DNA of 64,000 bases from Candidatus Eiseniibacteriota bacterium (GCA_963783375.1 CAWANH010000028.1:992001-1056000), one strand, 5' to 3'. Positions 1 through 10,082 are shown, counted from the stretch's first letter. The notes: generated by a model not told the origin, from the letters alone. Numbers and translations are program-made.

Positions 1-176
1 TCCATGAGATGCTCCTGGGACTGGGTTCCCTGGCCCTTCCCATCCTGGGGGGGTGGGCGGCGGAGGCCACCGGGCGGCTCCAGGCCCCCTATCTCTTTGC
101 CGCGGCAGTGGCTATCGTATCGGTGGTGTTCCAGGCGGCGCTCCTGGGGGCGGTTCCGGGGCGGCGGGCGGCGTGA
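1..176 (+). CDS. C-terminal end of a membrane transporter, probably MFS (5' truncated by window edge)
   Basis: Frame 3 reads HEMLLGLGSLALPILGGWAAEATGRLQAPYLFAAAVAIVSVVFQAALL...TGA. The two hydrophobic helices and PILGGW resemble MFS TM11-12. Confidence 0.6.
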   Translation, partial: HEMLLGLGSLALPILGGWAAEATGRLQAPYLFAAAVAIVSVVFQAALLGAVPGRRAA

Positions 177-262
177 GGCCGCGCCCGCCGGAACAGGGGG
201 CGCCGGGCGGGGTATCAAGGGCAGAGGATATGGGCCGAGCACATCGTGTGGAGGGAGGTCTC

Positions 263-685
263 ATGCGGCGACTGATGCGGCTTTGGCGGCCGGTGGCGTT
301 TCTGGCCGCGGCGTTTCTGGGCGGGATGGCCGGTTCGGCGCTCCTCCGGCCGGAAGCCCCCCAGGCCGGGATGGTGGAGTTCGGCGGGGGGAGCGACAAG
401 CCCGGGCTGGTGGGCACGTTCGGGGTGGGTGGGGTGATGACCTGGGAAGGGGATCTCTGGCAGTACCGCCCGGACAAGAAGAGCTGGGTCACCCTGGACG
501 AGTCCTTTGCCCTCGAGGGCCAGCCCACCAAGGTGGTGCCTCTCCCGGTCAAACCCGCGGAGATCCGGAACATGGAGACCTTCGGGTTCCTGGTCACGCG
601 GGACGACGAGTGCTGGCTCTACGACATCGACCAGCAGCGCTGGGAGGACGTCGGGAAGCCCCCCTTCCACGCGCGAGGGCGATGA
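263..685 (+). CDS. Small exported/membrane-anchored hypothetical protein
   Basis: GGAGG RBS before ATG 263; hydrophobic N-terminus; two similar W-x-Y...W motifs (LWQYRPDKKSW / CWLYDIDQQRW); GC3-rich codons. Confidence 0.7.
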   Translation: MRRLMRLWRPVAFLAAAFLGGMAGSALLRPEAPQAGMVEFGGGSDKPGLVGTFGVGGVMTWEGDLWQYRPDKKSWVTLDESFALEGQPTKVVPLPVKPAEIRNMETFGFLVTRDDECWLYDIDQQRWEDVGKPPFHARGR

Positions 686-798
686 GCGGAGCTCCGGGAC
701 GCCGGATGCGATATACTGACCTTGAGGCGGTCCCGCTACACGAGCGGGAACGCGGCACGGATTCGGGGCCGATCCCAAGCAGCTGAGGAGGTGTCCTC

Positions 799-1838
799 AT
801 GAGACACGCACTATTCCTGTTCGGGCTGGTCATCACGACCGCGCTCGCGGCGGCGGCCCCCGCCCGGGCGGTCACCGTGGACGACGTCAAGGGCCTGGCC
901 CGCGCCGGGGCCAGCGAGAAGATCATTCTGGCCAAGATCGACGCCGACGGCACGGTCTTCCATCTCACCGTGGACGAGATCCTGGCCCTCCGCCAGGCCG
1001 GGGTGAGCGATCCGGTGATCACCTACATGATCAACACCGGCAAGGGGAGCGCCGCCGAAGAGCCCGCTCCCGCGGCCGTCCAGGACCAAGGGACCTACGA
1101 CCAGAACGCGTCCGGCGATTACTCGACCGGCGGGTACGCGGACGGCGGCTACGACACGGGGTATCAGAGCGGGTTGGACAGCCGGTACCGCGGAAACGTC
1201 TCGGTCTCGTTCGGCTACTACTACCCGCACTGGCCGGGCTACGCCTACTCGTACTACTACGACCCGTTCTGGTGGCCCAGCATGTCCTACTACTACTGCT
1301 ACTGGCAGCCGTACCCGTACTCCTACTGGTACTACGACCCGTGGTACCGCTGGAACGCCGGGGTCTCCTGGTACTGGTATCCCCGCGACCGCGACCGCTA
1401 CGGCCGGGGTCACCACGACTACTACGCCCGGGCCGAAAAGGGCCGGCACGTCGGGGACCGGGGGGGAGCTCGGGCTATGGCCGGGCCTACAAGAACGGAA
1501 ACCGGTCCGGGAATCCGCCGGTCTACAACGGGAACCGGCGGGTGTTGAAGACCCCCACGCCGGACCGGCGGGCGCCGGTCGTGCGCGGACGCGTGACGAA
1601 GCCGTCACGCCCCTCGGTGCAGGGCGGGAACCGTCTCCGCACACCGGATCAACCCGTTCGCCAGGTGAAGCCGACCCCCAAGCCCAGCCAATCGAATCCC
1701 GGTCGCGAGGTGAAGCCCGGGCGGGGATCGGAGCGGCGGTACGAGCCCGCCCCCCGTCCCTCCCGGAGCCGGGAGTCCGGCCGGGGTTCGGCGCGGCCGA
1801 GCCCATCCCGGCAGAGCCGAAGCCGGAAGTCCGGGTAA
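799..1838 (+). CDS. Secreted protein with Tyr/Trp-rich middle and Arg/Pro/Ser-rich tail; apparent frameshift at G-run ~1460
   Basis: GGAGG RBS, signal peptide, VTVDDVKGLARAGASEKIIL...LRQAGVSDPVI helical repeat. ORF 799..1548 degrades after GDRGG and the logical continuation (SSGYGRAYKNG...RKSG) is in ORF 1272..1838. Confidence 0.7.
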
Positions 1839-2056
1839 ACGAAGCACTTCGGGAGCCGGGGTTCACCTTGACCCCGGAAATGCAGGACAATGCGAAGCCG
1901 ATCGGAGCCATTCTTCGATCGGCCTCGTTTTGAGTCGAGGCCGGGGCCGTGCCGGCGCGCGGGAGCGCCCAGCGCCCCGGGCCTTCATCGGTGGAGCGAT
2001 GCCGGCGGCGATCCCGCCGCCCGCGCTCGGGGCCGACCCCGGCGGAGAGGAGACGG

Positions 2057-2842
2057 ATGGACGGCACGACGTCCGGACTGCGATTGAGCGCGGTGATCCC
2101 GGTTCACGACGAAAAGGACAACCTCGCTCCCCTGGTCGAGGAACTGATCCGCGAACTGGACCGGGTCGGGACCCCCTACGAGATCCTTCTGGTGGACGAC
2201 GGGAGCACCGACGGATCGGGTGAGGTCATGGACCAACTGGTCCGCGGGCGCCCCCAGCTTCGATGCCTCCATCTGGAGCGGAACCGCGGCCAGAGCGCCG
2301 CCCTGGGCGCCGGTTTCGAGGCGGCCGGCGGAGACTACATCGTCACCCTCGACGCCGATCTCCAGAACGATCCCGCCGACATCGCCCGGCTCATGGAGTG
2401 GATCCCCCAGTTCGACATGGTGGCCGGATTCCGGCGGAAGCGCCGCGACAACCGGCTTCGCCGGGTGAGCAGCGTGGTGGCCAACCGGGTCCGAAGCGCC
2501 ATCCTCGGCGACGGCATCCGCGATACCGGCTGCTCCCTGAAGCTCTTCCGACGCGACCTCACGCCGCGCATGCCGCGGCTGAACGGGATGCACCGCTTCA
2601 TGCCCCTCCTGATCCAGCTCCAGGGGGGGACGGTGACCCAGGTGCCGGTGAACCATCGCCCCCGGACGGCGGGAGAATCCAAGTACAACGTGAAGAACCG
2701 TCTCTTCCGGGGCATTCTGGATCTCTTCGGAATGTGGTGGGTGAAGCGCCGCTTCGTGAACTACGCGGTCAGCTACGAGGCCTCGGGCGCGGCTTCCGGC
2801 CGGCCCGGTCGCAAGTCGGGCGTCAGGGAGGACAACCCGTGA
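2057..2842 (+). CDS. GT2 polyprenyl-phosphate glycosyltransferase (ArnC/Dpm1-like)
   Basis: VIPVHDE, VDDGSTDGS, NRGQSAAL, TLDADLQNDP, HRPRTAGESKY motifs. Confidence 0.92.
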   Translation: MDGTTSGLRLSAVIPVHDEKDNLAPLVEELIRELDRVGTPYEILLVDDGSTDGSGEVMDQLVRGRPQLRCLHLERNRGQSAALGAGFEAAGGDYIVTLDADLQNDPADIARLMEWIPQFDMVAGFRRKRRDNRLRRVSSVVANRVRSAILGDGIRDTGCSLKLFRRDLTPRMPRLNGMHRFMPLLIQLQGGTVTQVPVNHRPRTAGESKYNVKNRLFRGILDLFGMWWVKRRFVNYAVSYEASGAASGRPGRKSGVREDNP

Positions 2843-3120
2843 ACACCTGGATCGTCATCGGCTTTCTCGGACAGCTCTTCTTCTCCGCCCGGTTCCTGGT
2901 GCAGTGGATCGTCTCGGAGATGCGGCAGGAGAGCGTGATCCCCGGGGCCTTCTGGGTCCTGAGCCTGGGCGGGGGAGCCATCCTCACCGCCTACGCGATC
3001 TACCGGCAGGACCCGGTGTTCATCGTGGGCCAGGGAGCGGGACTCTTCGTCTACGTTCGGAACATCATGCTGATCCGCCGCAAGCGCCGGGCGGACAAAG
3101 CCGCCGCGCTCGTTGCCTGA
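2839..3120 (+). CDS. Lipid A biosynthesis N-terminal (LAB_N) domain membrane protein
   Basis: GTG overlapping the upstream TGA; IGFLGQLFFSARFLVQWIVSE...FWVLSLGG...YAIYRQDPVFI...YVRN signature. Confidence 0.88.
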   Translation: MNTWIVIGFLGQLFFSARFLVQWIVSEMRQESVIPGAFWVLSLGGGAILTAYAIYRQDPVFIVGQGAGLFVYVRNIMLIRRKRRADKAAALVA

Positions 3121-4750
3121 ACTCCGCCCCCGATCCATCCTCCTGACCCTCCTCCTCCTCGGAGCGTTGATCTACGGTTTTCGGCCGGGGTTCCCGGACT
3201 TCTGGGGGAGCCACTGGGAGAGCCGGCGCGCGGGAATCGGCCGCGAGATGCTGGAAACCGGCGACTGGATGGTGCCGGTCGAGAACGGCCGGGTGGCCCT
3301 GGAGAAACCCCCTCTCTACTACTGGATGATCGCCGCGGCCATGGGGGTCACCGGCAATCACGCCGAGCTGGGGGCCCGGCTTCCATCGGTGGCGGCGGCG
3401 GTGGTCGGGTTGGCCGTGACCTGGCGCCTGGCCGTCCTTCTGGGAGGCGGCGGCTCCGGCCTCTTCGCGGTGCTTTTCCTCCTGGGAAATGTCGTCTACT
3501 TCGGCCACGCGCGCACCGCGGAGATGGACATGGTGCTTCTCGCCGTCGAGGGGGCGGCGGCCTGGGCGTTCCTGGAGGCGCGCGCGGGTAACGGGCGGCG
3601 ACTTCTCCCCCTGGTCGGCTGGGCCCTTCTGGCCGCGGGGTTCATGCTCAAGGGACCGGTGGGGATCGTGGTCCCGGTGGCCGTGCTCCTGGTCTTCCGC
3701 ATCGCCGGCCGGCGGGATTCCGGTCCGGCGGCCTCCGGGTGGGTGCGCCCCGGGCCGGGGTTCCTCCTGTTTCTTCTCCTCGCCCTTCCCTGGTACGCGT
3801 TCGTTCTCATTCGCTATTCCGACGCGCTCTCGATCTTCCTCCACCAGACCGTGGCCCGGATCGGAGAGCCCTACGATCATCAGGAACCCTTCTGGTACTA
3901 CCTGCCGGTTCTGGCGACGGCGTTCCTCCCCGGCGCCCTCTTCCTGCCGGTCTGGGCGCGGGAGGCCTGGGGACGGGGGGACGGGGATGCCCCGGAGGAG
4001 CCCCGTCGAAACCTCCGGCGGGTGGCGACGGCGGTTTTGGCCCTGGTCGTATTCTTCTCCCTCTCCGGCTCCAAGCGGGTGTATTACGTCCTTCCCCTCT
4101 GGCCGCTCCTGGCGGTGGGGGCGGGAATCGCGGTGGACCGTGCGTGGCGGGCCGGGCGCGTCCGGTGGATGGTCGCCCCGACCGCGGCGCTGACCGGGAT
4201 CCTTGCCGTGGCCGCGGTGGCGGCGGGCCTGGTCCCGGAGCTGGGCGGCCCGCCGTTCTTCGCGCGGACGGGCTTCGCCTTCGGGATGCTGGCGGTCATG
4301 GCCCTGGCCGGGGCCTGGGGGTTTCGCCTGGCGCTCCGTGGCCGTTGGATCCGAGGCCTCGCCTACGCGACCGCGGTACTCATCCTCGGAAATCTCTTCG
4401 TGGTGCAGGCGGTCGGCCCGGTGTCCAACGCCTATCGTTCCCGCGCCGACTTCGCGCGCGGGGTGGACGTCCGGGTGCGAATGGGGGAACCGCTCTTCAT
4501 CTACCGGAGCACCAACCTGGCTCTTCCGTTCTACGCCCATCGCGTGATGCCCTTCCTCCACGATCGCCGCGACCTGGAAGCGGTGCTGGACATCCAGCCC
4601 GCCATCGACCTCGTTCTCGATCCGAGGCAGATGAAGAGCCTCGTGGAGGACGGGTTCCGGGTGGATCCGCTCTACCAGGAATCCTGGTCTCCGCCGGGCC
4701 GACCGCGGGATGTCCGTTCCCTCATCCTGGCCCGGGTGGCGCGCGGATGA
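3113..4750 (+). CDS. ArnT/GT39-family integral-membrane glycosyltransferase
   Basis: REMLETGDWMVP, EKPPLYYW, ARLPS, KGPVG, HQEPFWYYLP, SKRVYYVLP; many TM helices; operon with GT2 and LAB_N. Confidence 0.9.
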   Translation: MPELRPRSILLTLLLLGALIYGFRPGFPDFWGSHWESRRAGIGREMLETGDWMVPVENGRVALEKPPLYYWMIAAAMGVTGNHAELGARLPSVAAAVVGLAVTWRLAVLLGGGGSGLFAVLFLLGNVVYFGHARTAEMDMVLLAVEGAAAWAFLEARAGNGRRLLPLVGWALLAAGFMLKGPVGIVVPVAVLLVFRIAGRRDSGPAASGWVRPGPGFLLFLLLALPWYAFVLIRYSDALSIFLHQTVARIGEPYDHQEPFWYYLPVLATAFLPGALFLPVWAREAWGRGDGDAPEEPRRNLRRVATAVLALVVFFSLSGSKRVYYVLPLWPLLAVGAGIAVDRAWRAGRVRWMVAPTAALTGILAVAAVAAGLVPELGGPPFFARTGFAFGMLAVMALAGAWGFRLALRGRWIRGLAYATAVLILGNLFVVQAVGPVSNAYRSRADFARGVDVRVRMGEPLFIYRSTNLALPFYAHRVMPFLHDRRDLEAVLDIQPAIDLVLDPRQMKSLVEDGFRVDPLYQESWSPPGRPRDVRSLILARVARG

Positions 4751-4855
4751 AGGCGGCTCGCCGCCCGCGCCGCCGGTTCTGAAAAGCCGACCGGCCCCCT
4801 CACTTTTCTGGAATCCGCCACCGGCTGGGGGGTATTACCCATTGAACGGTTTGAG

Positions 4856-4917
4856 GCCGGACGGCGACTTCGAAGTCCACGGCCCCCCACGTTCGGGGTC
4901 GTCGCCCGGCGTTTTTT
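4856..4917 (+). terminator. Long-stem intrinsic terminator-like hairpin
   Basis: GCCGGACGGCGACTTCGAA (4856-4874) pairs with TTCGGGGTCGTCGCCCGGC (4892-4910) at 18/19 positions including G-U, followed by TTTTTT. Confidence 0.6.
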
Positions 4918-4996
4918 GGCGGAGACGGGAATCGAGGCGCCAGGATGGAGCCGGACGGCTTTTCCGGCTCGCTCCCGGTTCACTCGCGGCTCCGCA

Positions 4997-5078
4997 AGAG
5001 AAAAGCCCGAGGACTCTTAGCCGAACAGCTCTTTCCGTCCGGGGTGGTTCGGGTCAGGGTTCCTCGGGCTCTTTCTTT
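4997..5078. ncRNA. Candidate structured RNA: ~80-nt imperfect rod hairpin flanked by A/U tracts
   Basis: AGCCCGAGGA (5004-5013) pairs with TCCTCGGGCT (5061-5070); inner CCGAAC/GTTCGG; several G-U pairs on the + strand; no credible ORF. Confidence 0.35.
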
Positions 5079-5163
5079 CCCCCCCGAGGCTCCTCCTCCT
5101 CTCCCACGTTCGGCGCGCGCACTTCCTCCGCAACCTCCCTCTTGGCATTGAACCCCGATGATC

Positions 5164-5179
5164 TGGCCCTTCGCTTGCA
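5164..5179 (+). promoter_or_regulatory. sigma54 (-24/-12) promoter-like site upstream of M6 protease
   Basis: TGGCCCTTCGCTTGCA versus consensus TGGCACG-N4-TTGCW, with exact GG-N10-GC spacing. Confidence 0.55.
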
Positions 5180-5437
5180 TAAGAGGGCGGGCAACGGCTG
5201 AACGGACCTGTCTCCCGCCCCGAAACCCGTTGTCCGGCATCATCTCCGGACGCGCAAGGGGGAGATCCGTGCCGGGAGGGATGCACGGGGATGCGGCAGC
5301 ATGCACGATCGGGAGATTCTCCAGAACGCATCGACTGGATCCGGTATAATTGGAGCGCACTTCGAGCTCTCGGGGGGTCGCCCCGTCACGAGCATCAGGA
5401 TCTGCATCCCAGGGTCATCGCCCGAAAGGACACTGCC

Positions 5438-8400
5438 ATGTCCCCCCGTCCGAGCGGAGCTGTGTCTTCCCCGCGATTCGGTCTACTCGTTTCCCCCCTG
5501 CTCGTGCCCCTCGCGGTTCTCGTCCTGCTCGGGGGCGTGGCGCGGGAGGTGGCGTCCCAGCCGGCTCCGCCGCATCCCGGGGTGCCGCTCCCGCCCGGCT
5601 ACTACGACCGCCTTGCCACGGATCGGGACGCCTTCCAGTTCAAGCACGCCTGGATCGCCCAGACCAAGCGCGTCCAGGAAAACCGCCGGCTCCTGGAGCT
5701 GGGGCTCATCTCCGGGGTGACCGAGGCGGCGGTCGGCGGCTTCCGGGTCGAGGGCACCCGAAGGGTCCCGGTTCTGGCCGGGAAGTTCTCCAACACCGGC
5801 AGCGACCCCTACAGCCCGGCCCAGCTCCAGCAGCAGCTCTTCGACGGCCCCAACCCCACCGGCACCATCACCGACTACTACACCGACATCTCGCGGGGGT
5901 ACCTGACCCTCACCGGGACGGTGTACGGCGCCCAGGGCGGCGGCCTCTTCCAGGTCTCCCAGGCCGACACCTATTACGAGGGACCGTCGGGGTGCAACGG
6001 TCTCTGCGCCAGCGCCAAGACCGGCGAGTACCTGAAGGAGCTTCTGGACGGCTCCGACTCCTGGGTCGATTTCTCCCAGTTCGACAACGACGGCCCCGAC
6101 GGGGTTCCCAATTCCGGCGACGACGACGGGTACGTGGACTTCGTCGCCTTCGTCCAGCCGGAGCGGGGCGGGGAGTGCGGGACCAACAACCTCTGGTCCC
6201 ATCGCTGGGTCTACGAGGGCTGGTGGGGCGCTCCGTACACCACCAACGACCCGGCGGCGGGTGGGGGCTTCATCAAGGTCAGCGACTACACCATCCAGCC
6301 CCTGGTGAGCTGCAACGGGAGCAGCCTGATCGAGATCGGGGTCTACACCCACGAGTTCGGCCACGCCTTCGGGCTTCCCGATCTCTACGACACCGACGGC
6401 AGCTCGGAGGGAATCGGGAACTGGGGCCTCATGGCCGCCGGCTCCTACGGGGGCGACGGCGCCCATCCCGCCACCCCGTCCCACATGTGCGCCTGGAGCA
6501 AGGAGCAGCTGGGATGGGTGGACCCGGTGGTTCTGTGCGACGACCAGACCGGATACCCCCTCTCCGCGGTGGAAACCGGCGGCGACGTGCTCAAGGTCTA
6601 TCCCCACGGGTTCCTGTCCAGCGAGTACTTCCTGGTCGAGAACCGGGTAAAGACCGGGTACGACACCTACCTCCCGGTCAGCGGGATCGCGGTCTGGCAC
6701 ATCGACAACGCGGTCTCCGGCAACACCAACGAGGCCCACAAGCTGGTGGATCTCGAGGAAGCGGACGGTTTGAACCAGCTCGACGCCGGTAACAACCGCG
6801 GGGATGCGGGGGACCTCTTCCCCGGCTCCACCAGCAAACAGCTCTTCAGCGACGCCACCAACCCCAACGCCAAGGACTACGCGGGAACCAACACCGGGTT
6901 CTCGGTGGGAACCTTCGGCGTCGCCTCGAACCCGCGCACCATGAACGTGACCGTCACTCCCTGCCAGCTGGCGGTGGGCGACGTCCAGGTGGACGACGCC
7001 TCGCTCGGCAACAACAACCAAACCCTGGACGGGAACGAGCGTGCCGCGCTCCACCTCGCCCTCCGGAACGACTTCGCCGACGACAAGACCGGGGTGGCGG
7101 GGGTGCTCACGAGCCTCACCGCCGGGGTCGACGTGCTCCAGGACAGCGTTTACTTCGGGACGGTGACCGGCGGGGCGCTGAACTACGGGTCATCCGACTT
7201 CGAGATCGAGGCCACCGGGCCGCTGGCCGACGGCGCCGCGGTGAGCTTCCAGCTTGCCCTCACCGGGGACAACGGGTACGCGTCCACCGCGTCGGTCCTG
7301 CTCCACGCCGGAAACTACGTGCTCCTGGTGGCGGACGACGCCGGCGCGGGCAACCAGGCCCTGTTCGAGAACGCCATCACCGGGGCGGGCCGGGCCTACG
7401 TGCTTCATGACGCGTCCGTCGACGGCCCCCCCACCCTCGGGAAGATGCAGGGGGCGCGGGCCGTGGTCTGGTACACCGGGGTGGAGTACGACAACACCTT
7501 CACCGCCGGCGAGCAGGCGGTGGTGGAAGCGTACCTCGACGGGGGGGGATCCCTCCTCGTGACCGGCCAGGACATCGGCTACGACCTGGTGGATCAGGGG
7601 AGCGCCGCCGACCAGACCTTCTACACCGGCTATCTCCACGCCAACTTCGTCTCCGACAGCTCCAGCGACAACACCCTGACCGGAACCAGCGGGGATCCGA
7701 TCGGAAACGGCATCTCGTTGAACCTGGCCGCGGGGGACGGGGCCGACAACTCGACCTATCCGTCGGTGGTAACCCCGGCGTCGGGGGCGTCGACGGTGTT
7801 CCTGTACTCCGTGGCCAAGCGCGGGGCGGTCCGCTACAGCACCGGCCACAAGCTGGTGTACTTCGCCTTCAACTTCGAGGCCATCAACGCCGCGGCCACC
7901 CGCACGTTGACCATGCAGCGGGTGCTGGACTGGCTCTATCCCTCCGACATAACCCCGCCGACGGCGACGCTCACCGCTCCCAACGGGGGCGAGGTGCTGG
8001 AATCCTGCGGAACGAGCCCCATCACCTGGAGCGCAAGCGACGCCAACGGGGTGACCGGGGTGGACCTGTACTGGACCGACGATCCCACCTTCGCCGTCTG
8101 GCAGACCATCGCCATCGGTCTCTCCAACACCGGGAGCCATGACTGGGTCCGAAGCGGCCTCGCCGCGGACAGCGTCTGGGTGAAGGTGATCGCCCGCGAT
8201 CCCTCCGATCTCCAGGGGGTGGACGTGAGCGACGCCGCGTTCTCGGTGGCGCCCACCACGCCCCCCGTGGCCCAGGTGACCGCGCCCAACGGCGGCCAGA
8301 CCTTCGGCTACGCGGACCCGGTCACCGTGACCTGGACCATGGCCGACACCTGCGTGGGGGTGGACTCGACCCGCGTGTTCTGGTCCCCGGACGGAGGCGG

Positions 8401-9475
8401 GAGCTGGGCCTACGTGGCCACCGTTCCGGCTCCGGACACGAGCTACGCCTGGACGACTCCCTCCGCCCCCACCGACTCCGGGCTGGTCCGGGTGGACGTG
8501 GTGAACGCGGCCGGTCTGGTGGGGAGCGACGCTTCCGACGCGCTCTTCTCGGTGGCGGACTCGGCGCCCCCCACGGTGACCCTGCTGGCCCCGAACGGGG
8601 GCGAGATCTACGGCACCGGCAACCCGGTCGTGGTGAGCTGGAATGCGACCGACGACGTGGGGATCGACCACCTCGATCTCTACTACTCGTCGGACGGCGG
8701 CGGTTCGTGGTCGGTGATCGATACCCTGGTGGCCGACACCTCGGCGGTGTGGGTCACCCCCGATCTTCCCTCGGTCCTCTACCTGGTCCGGGCGGTCGCC
8801 TTCGATGCCCAGGCGAACGGCGCCGCCGATACCTCGGACGCGGCGTTCGCGGTGGGGGACGACGATCAGCCCGCGGTGGCGATCTCCTATCCGGTGGGCG
8901 GCGAGCTGGTGAACGCCGGCGACGTGCTGAACATCCAGGCCGCGGTGGGGGACAACGTGGGGGTGGACTCGGTCTGCGTCTCCTACACCCTCGACGACGG
9001 CGGGAGCTGGACCCCGATCGCCTGCGGCGCGGTCGGCTTCCCCTATCCCTGGGCCACCCCGGCCACGGCCGGCGATTCCTGCCGGGTGCGGGTCGAGGCC
9101 TGGGACGCGGCCGGAAACACCGCCTCGGCCATGAGCGACAGCACCTTCTCCCTGATCGCGAGCACCGCCGTTCCGGGCGCGTTCGCGGGGATCACCCACC
9201 CGGTGCTGCTCCAGAGCCGCCCGAATCCCATGGGCGCGACGGGCGCGACCTTCGCGTTCTACCTCCCCGCCGATTCCCCGGTCACCCTCACGATCTACGA
9301 CATCTCCGGGAAGCGGGTGAAGACGGTGGCCTCGGGAAGCCTCTCCGGCGGCTACCACGAGATCCTCTGGGACGGCGGCTCGGACACCGGCGCCGCGGTG
9401 AGCCATGGGATCTACTTCTACGTGCTCCGGACCCCGGACCGGCGGGAGGTGCGGAAGCTGGTGAAGCTGGAGTAG
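5438..9475 (+). CDS. Secreted M6-family (immune inhibitor A-like) zinc metalloprotease with Ig-like repeats and C-terminal FlgD-Ig/T9SS-like domain
   Basis: Signal peptide; DFSQFDNDG, HEFGHAFGLPDLYD, WGLMAAGSY, EYFLVENR; repeated APNGGE Ig modules; C-terminal LLQSRPNP...TIYDISGKRV...WDG...GIYFY. Confidence 0.93.
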   Translation: MSPRPSGAVSSPRFGLLVSPLLVPLAVLVLLGGVAREVASQPAPPHPGVPLPPGYYDRLATDRDAFQFKHAWIAQTKRVQENRRLLELGLISGVTEAAVGGFRVEGTRRVPVLAGKFSNTGSDPYSPAQLQQQLFDGPNPTGTITDYYTDISRGYLTLTGTVYGAQGGGLFQVSQADTYYEGPSGCNGLCASAKTGEYLKELLDGSDSWVDFSQFDNDGPDGVPNSGDDDGYVDFVAFVQPERGGECGTNNLWSHRWVYEGWWGAPYTTNDPAAGGGFIKVSDYTIQPLVSCNGSSLIEIGVYTHEFGHAFGLPDLYDTDGSSEGIGNWGLMAAGSYGGDGAHPATPSHMCAWSKEQLGWVDPVVLCDDQTGYPLSAVETGGDVLKVYPHGFLSSEYFLVENRVKTGYDTYLPVSGIAVWHIDNAVSGNTNEAHKLVDLEEADGLNQLDAGNNRGDAGDLFPGSTSKQLFSDATNPNAKDYAGTNTGFSVGTFGVASNPRTMNVTVTPCQLAVGDVQVDDASLGNNNQTLDGNERAALHLALRNDFADDKTGVAGVLTSLTAGVDVLQDSVYFGTVTGGALNYGSSDFEIEATGPLADGAAVSFQLALTGDNGYASTASVLLHAGNYVLLVADDAGAGNQALFENAITGAGRAYVLHDASVDGPPTLGKMQGARAVVWYTGVEYDNTFTAGEQAVVEAYLDGGGSLLVTGQDIGYDLVDQGSAADQTFYTGYLHANFVSDSSSDNTLTGTSGDPIGNGISLNLAAGDGADNSTYPSVVTPASGASTVFLYSVAKRGAVRYSTGHKLVYFAFNFEAINAAATRTLTMQRVLDWLYPSDITPPTATLTAPNGGEVLESCGTSPITWSASDANGVTGVDLYWTDDPTFAVWQTIAIGLSNTGSHDWVRSGLAADSVWVKVIARDPSDLQGVDVSDAAFSVAPTTPPVAQVTAPNGGQTFGYADPVTVTWTMADTCVGVDSTRVFWSPDGGGSWAYVATVPAPDTSYAWTTPSAPTDSGLVRVDVVNAAGLVGSDASDALFSVADSAPPTVTLLAPNGGEIYGTGNPVVVSWNATDDVGIDHLDLYYSSDGGGSWSVIDTLVADTSAVWVTPDLPSVLYLVRAVAFDAQANGAADTSDAAFAVGDDDQPAVAISYPVGGELVNAGDVLNIQAAVGDNVGVDSVCVSYTLDDGGSWTPIACGAVGFPYPWATPATAGDSCRVRVEAWDAAGNTASAMSDSTFSLIASTAVPGAFAGITHPVLLQSRPNPMGATGATFAFYLPADSPVTLTIYDISGKRVKTVASGSLSGGYHEILWDGGSDTGAAVSHGIYFYVLRTPDRREVRKLVKLE

Positions 9476-9548
9476 AGTGGTCCCGAAGCCGGCGCCGGGT
9501 CTCCCCGGCGGCCGGCCACGAGGACTCCGGGCCGAGGGAGCCGCTCCG

Positions 9549-10082
9549 ATGAAGGGGATTGCGCTCAGCTTCGTATTGCTTCTGATCTTCCTGGCGGGGG
9601 AGGCGTCCGGGGCCCCGCCGGTCCCGTTCCGGCCCGCGGTCGCCGAGTCGCTGGCCGTGCCCGTTCCCCTCCGGGGGCTCCCGGTATTGGAGGCTCCGGA
9701 CACCGTGCGGGTCGAGGCCCGTCGCTCCGCCCCCGCCGGCCCGGCCGGCGAGGAGGGACGCCGCTCCCTCACCCGGCGCGACGTGAAGCTCATCTTCCCG
9801 GGTCTTGGTCCCGCCCCCTCCGCCGCCGACTCCCTCGCGCCGCGCACCGACCGCCTCCTCCCGCCCCCGGCCACGGTCCGTCTCTCCCGTTTCGGCACCG
9901 CGGCCTACGGCGCCGACCGGGGGGCCAACGCCGGGCTCTGGCTCGGCGGTCTGGGCCACATCCTGGGCTTCTGGAGCGAAGCGGACGCGCTTCGCATGAC
10001 CGCGGCGGGGGCGGTTCTGGGCGCCTTCTGGGGAGGAACCGCCGGCGCCGCCGACGACGGCTTCCGGATCCGCGTCCGCTGA
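9549..10082 (+). CDS. Hypothetical exported/membrane protein with Gly-rich C-terminal helices
   Basis: ATG 9549 after GAGGGAG; signal peptide MKGIALSFVLLLIFLAGEASG; GLWLGGLG and GAVLGAFWGG motifs. Confidence 0.55.
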   Translation: MKGIALSFVLLLIFLAGEASGAPPVPFRPAVAESLAVPVPLRGLPVLEAPDTVRVEARRSAPAGPAGEEGRRSLTRRDVKLIFPGLGPAPSAADSLAPRTDRLLPPPATVRLSRFGTAAYGADRGANAGLWLGGLGHILGFWSEADALRMTAAGAVLGAFWGGTAGAADDGFRIRVR

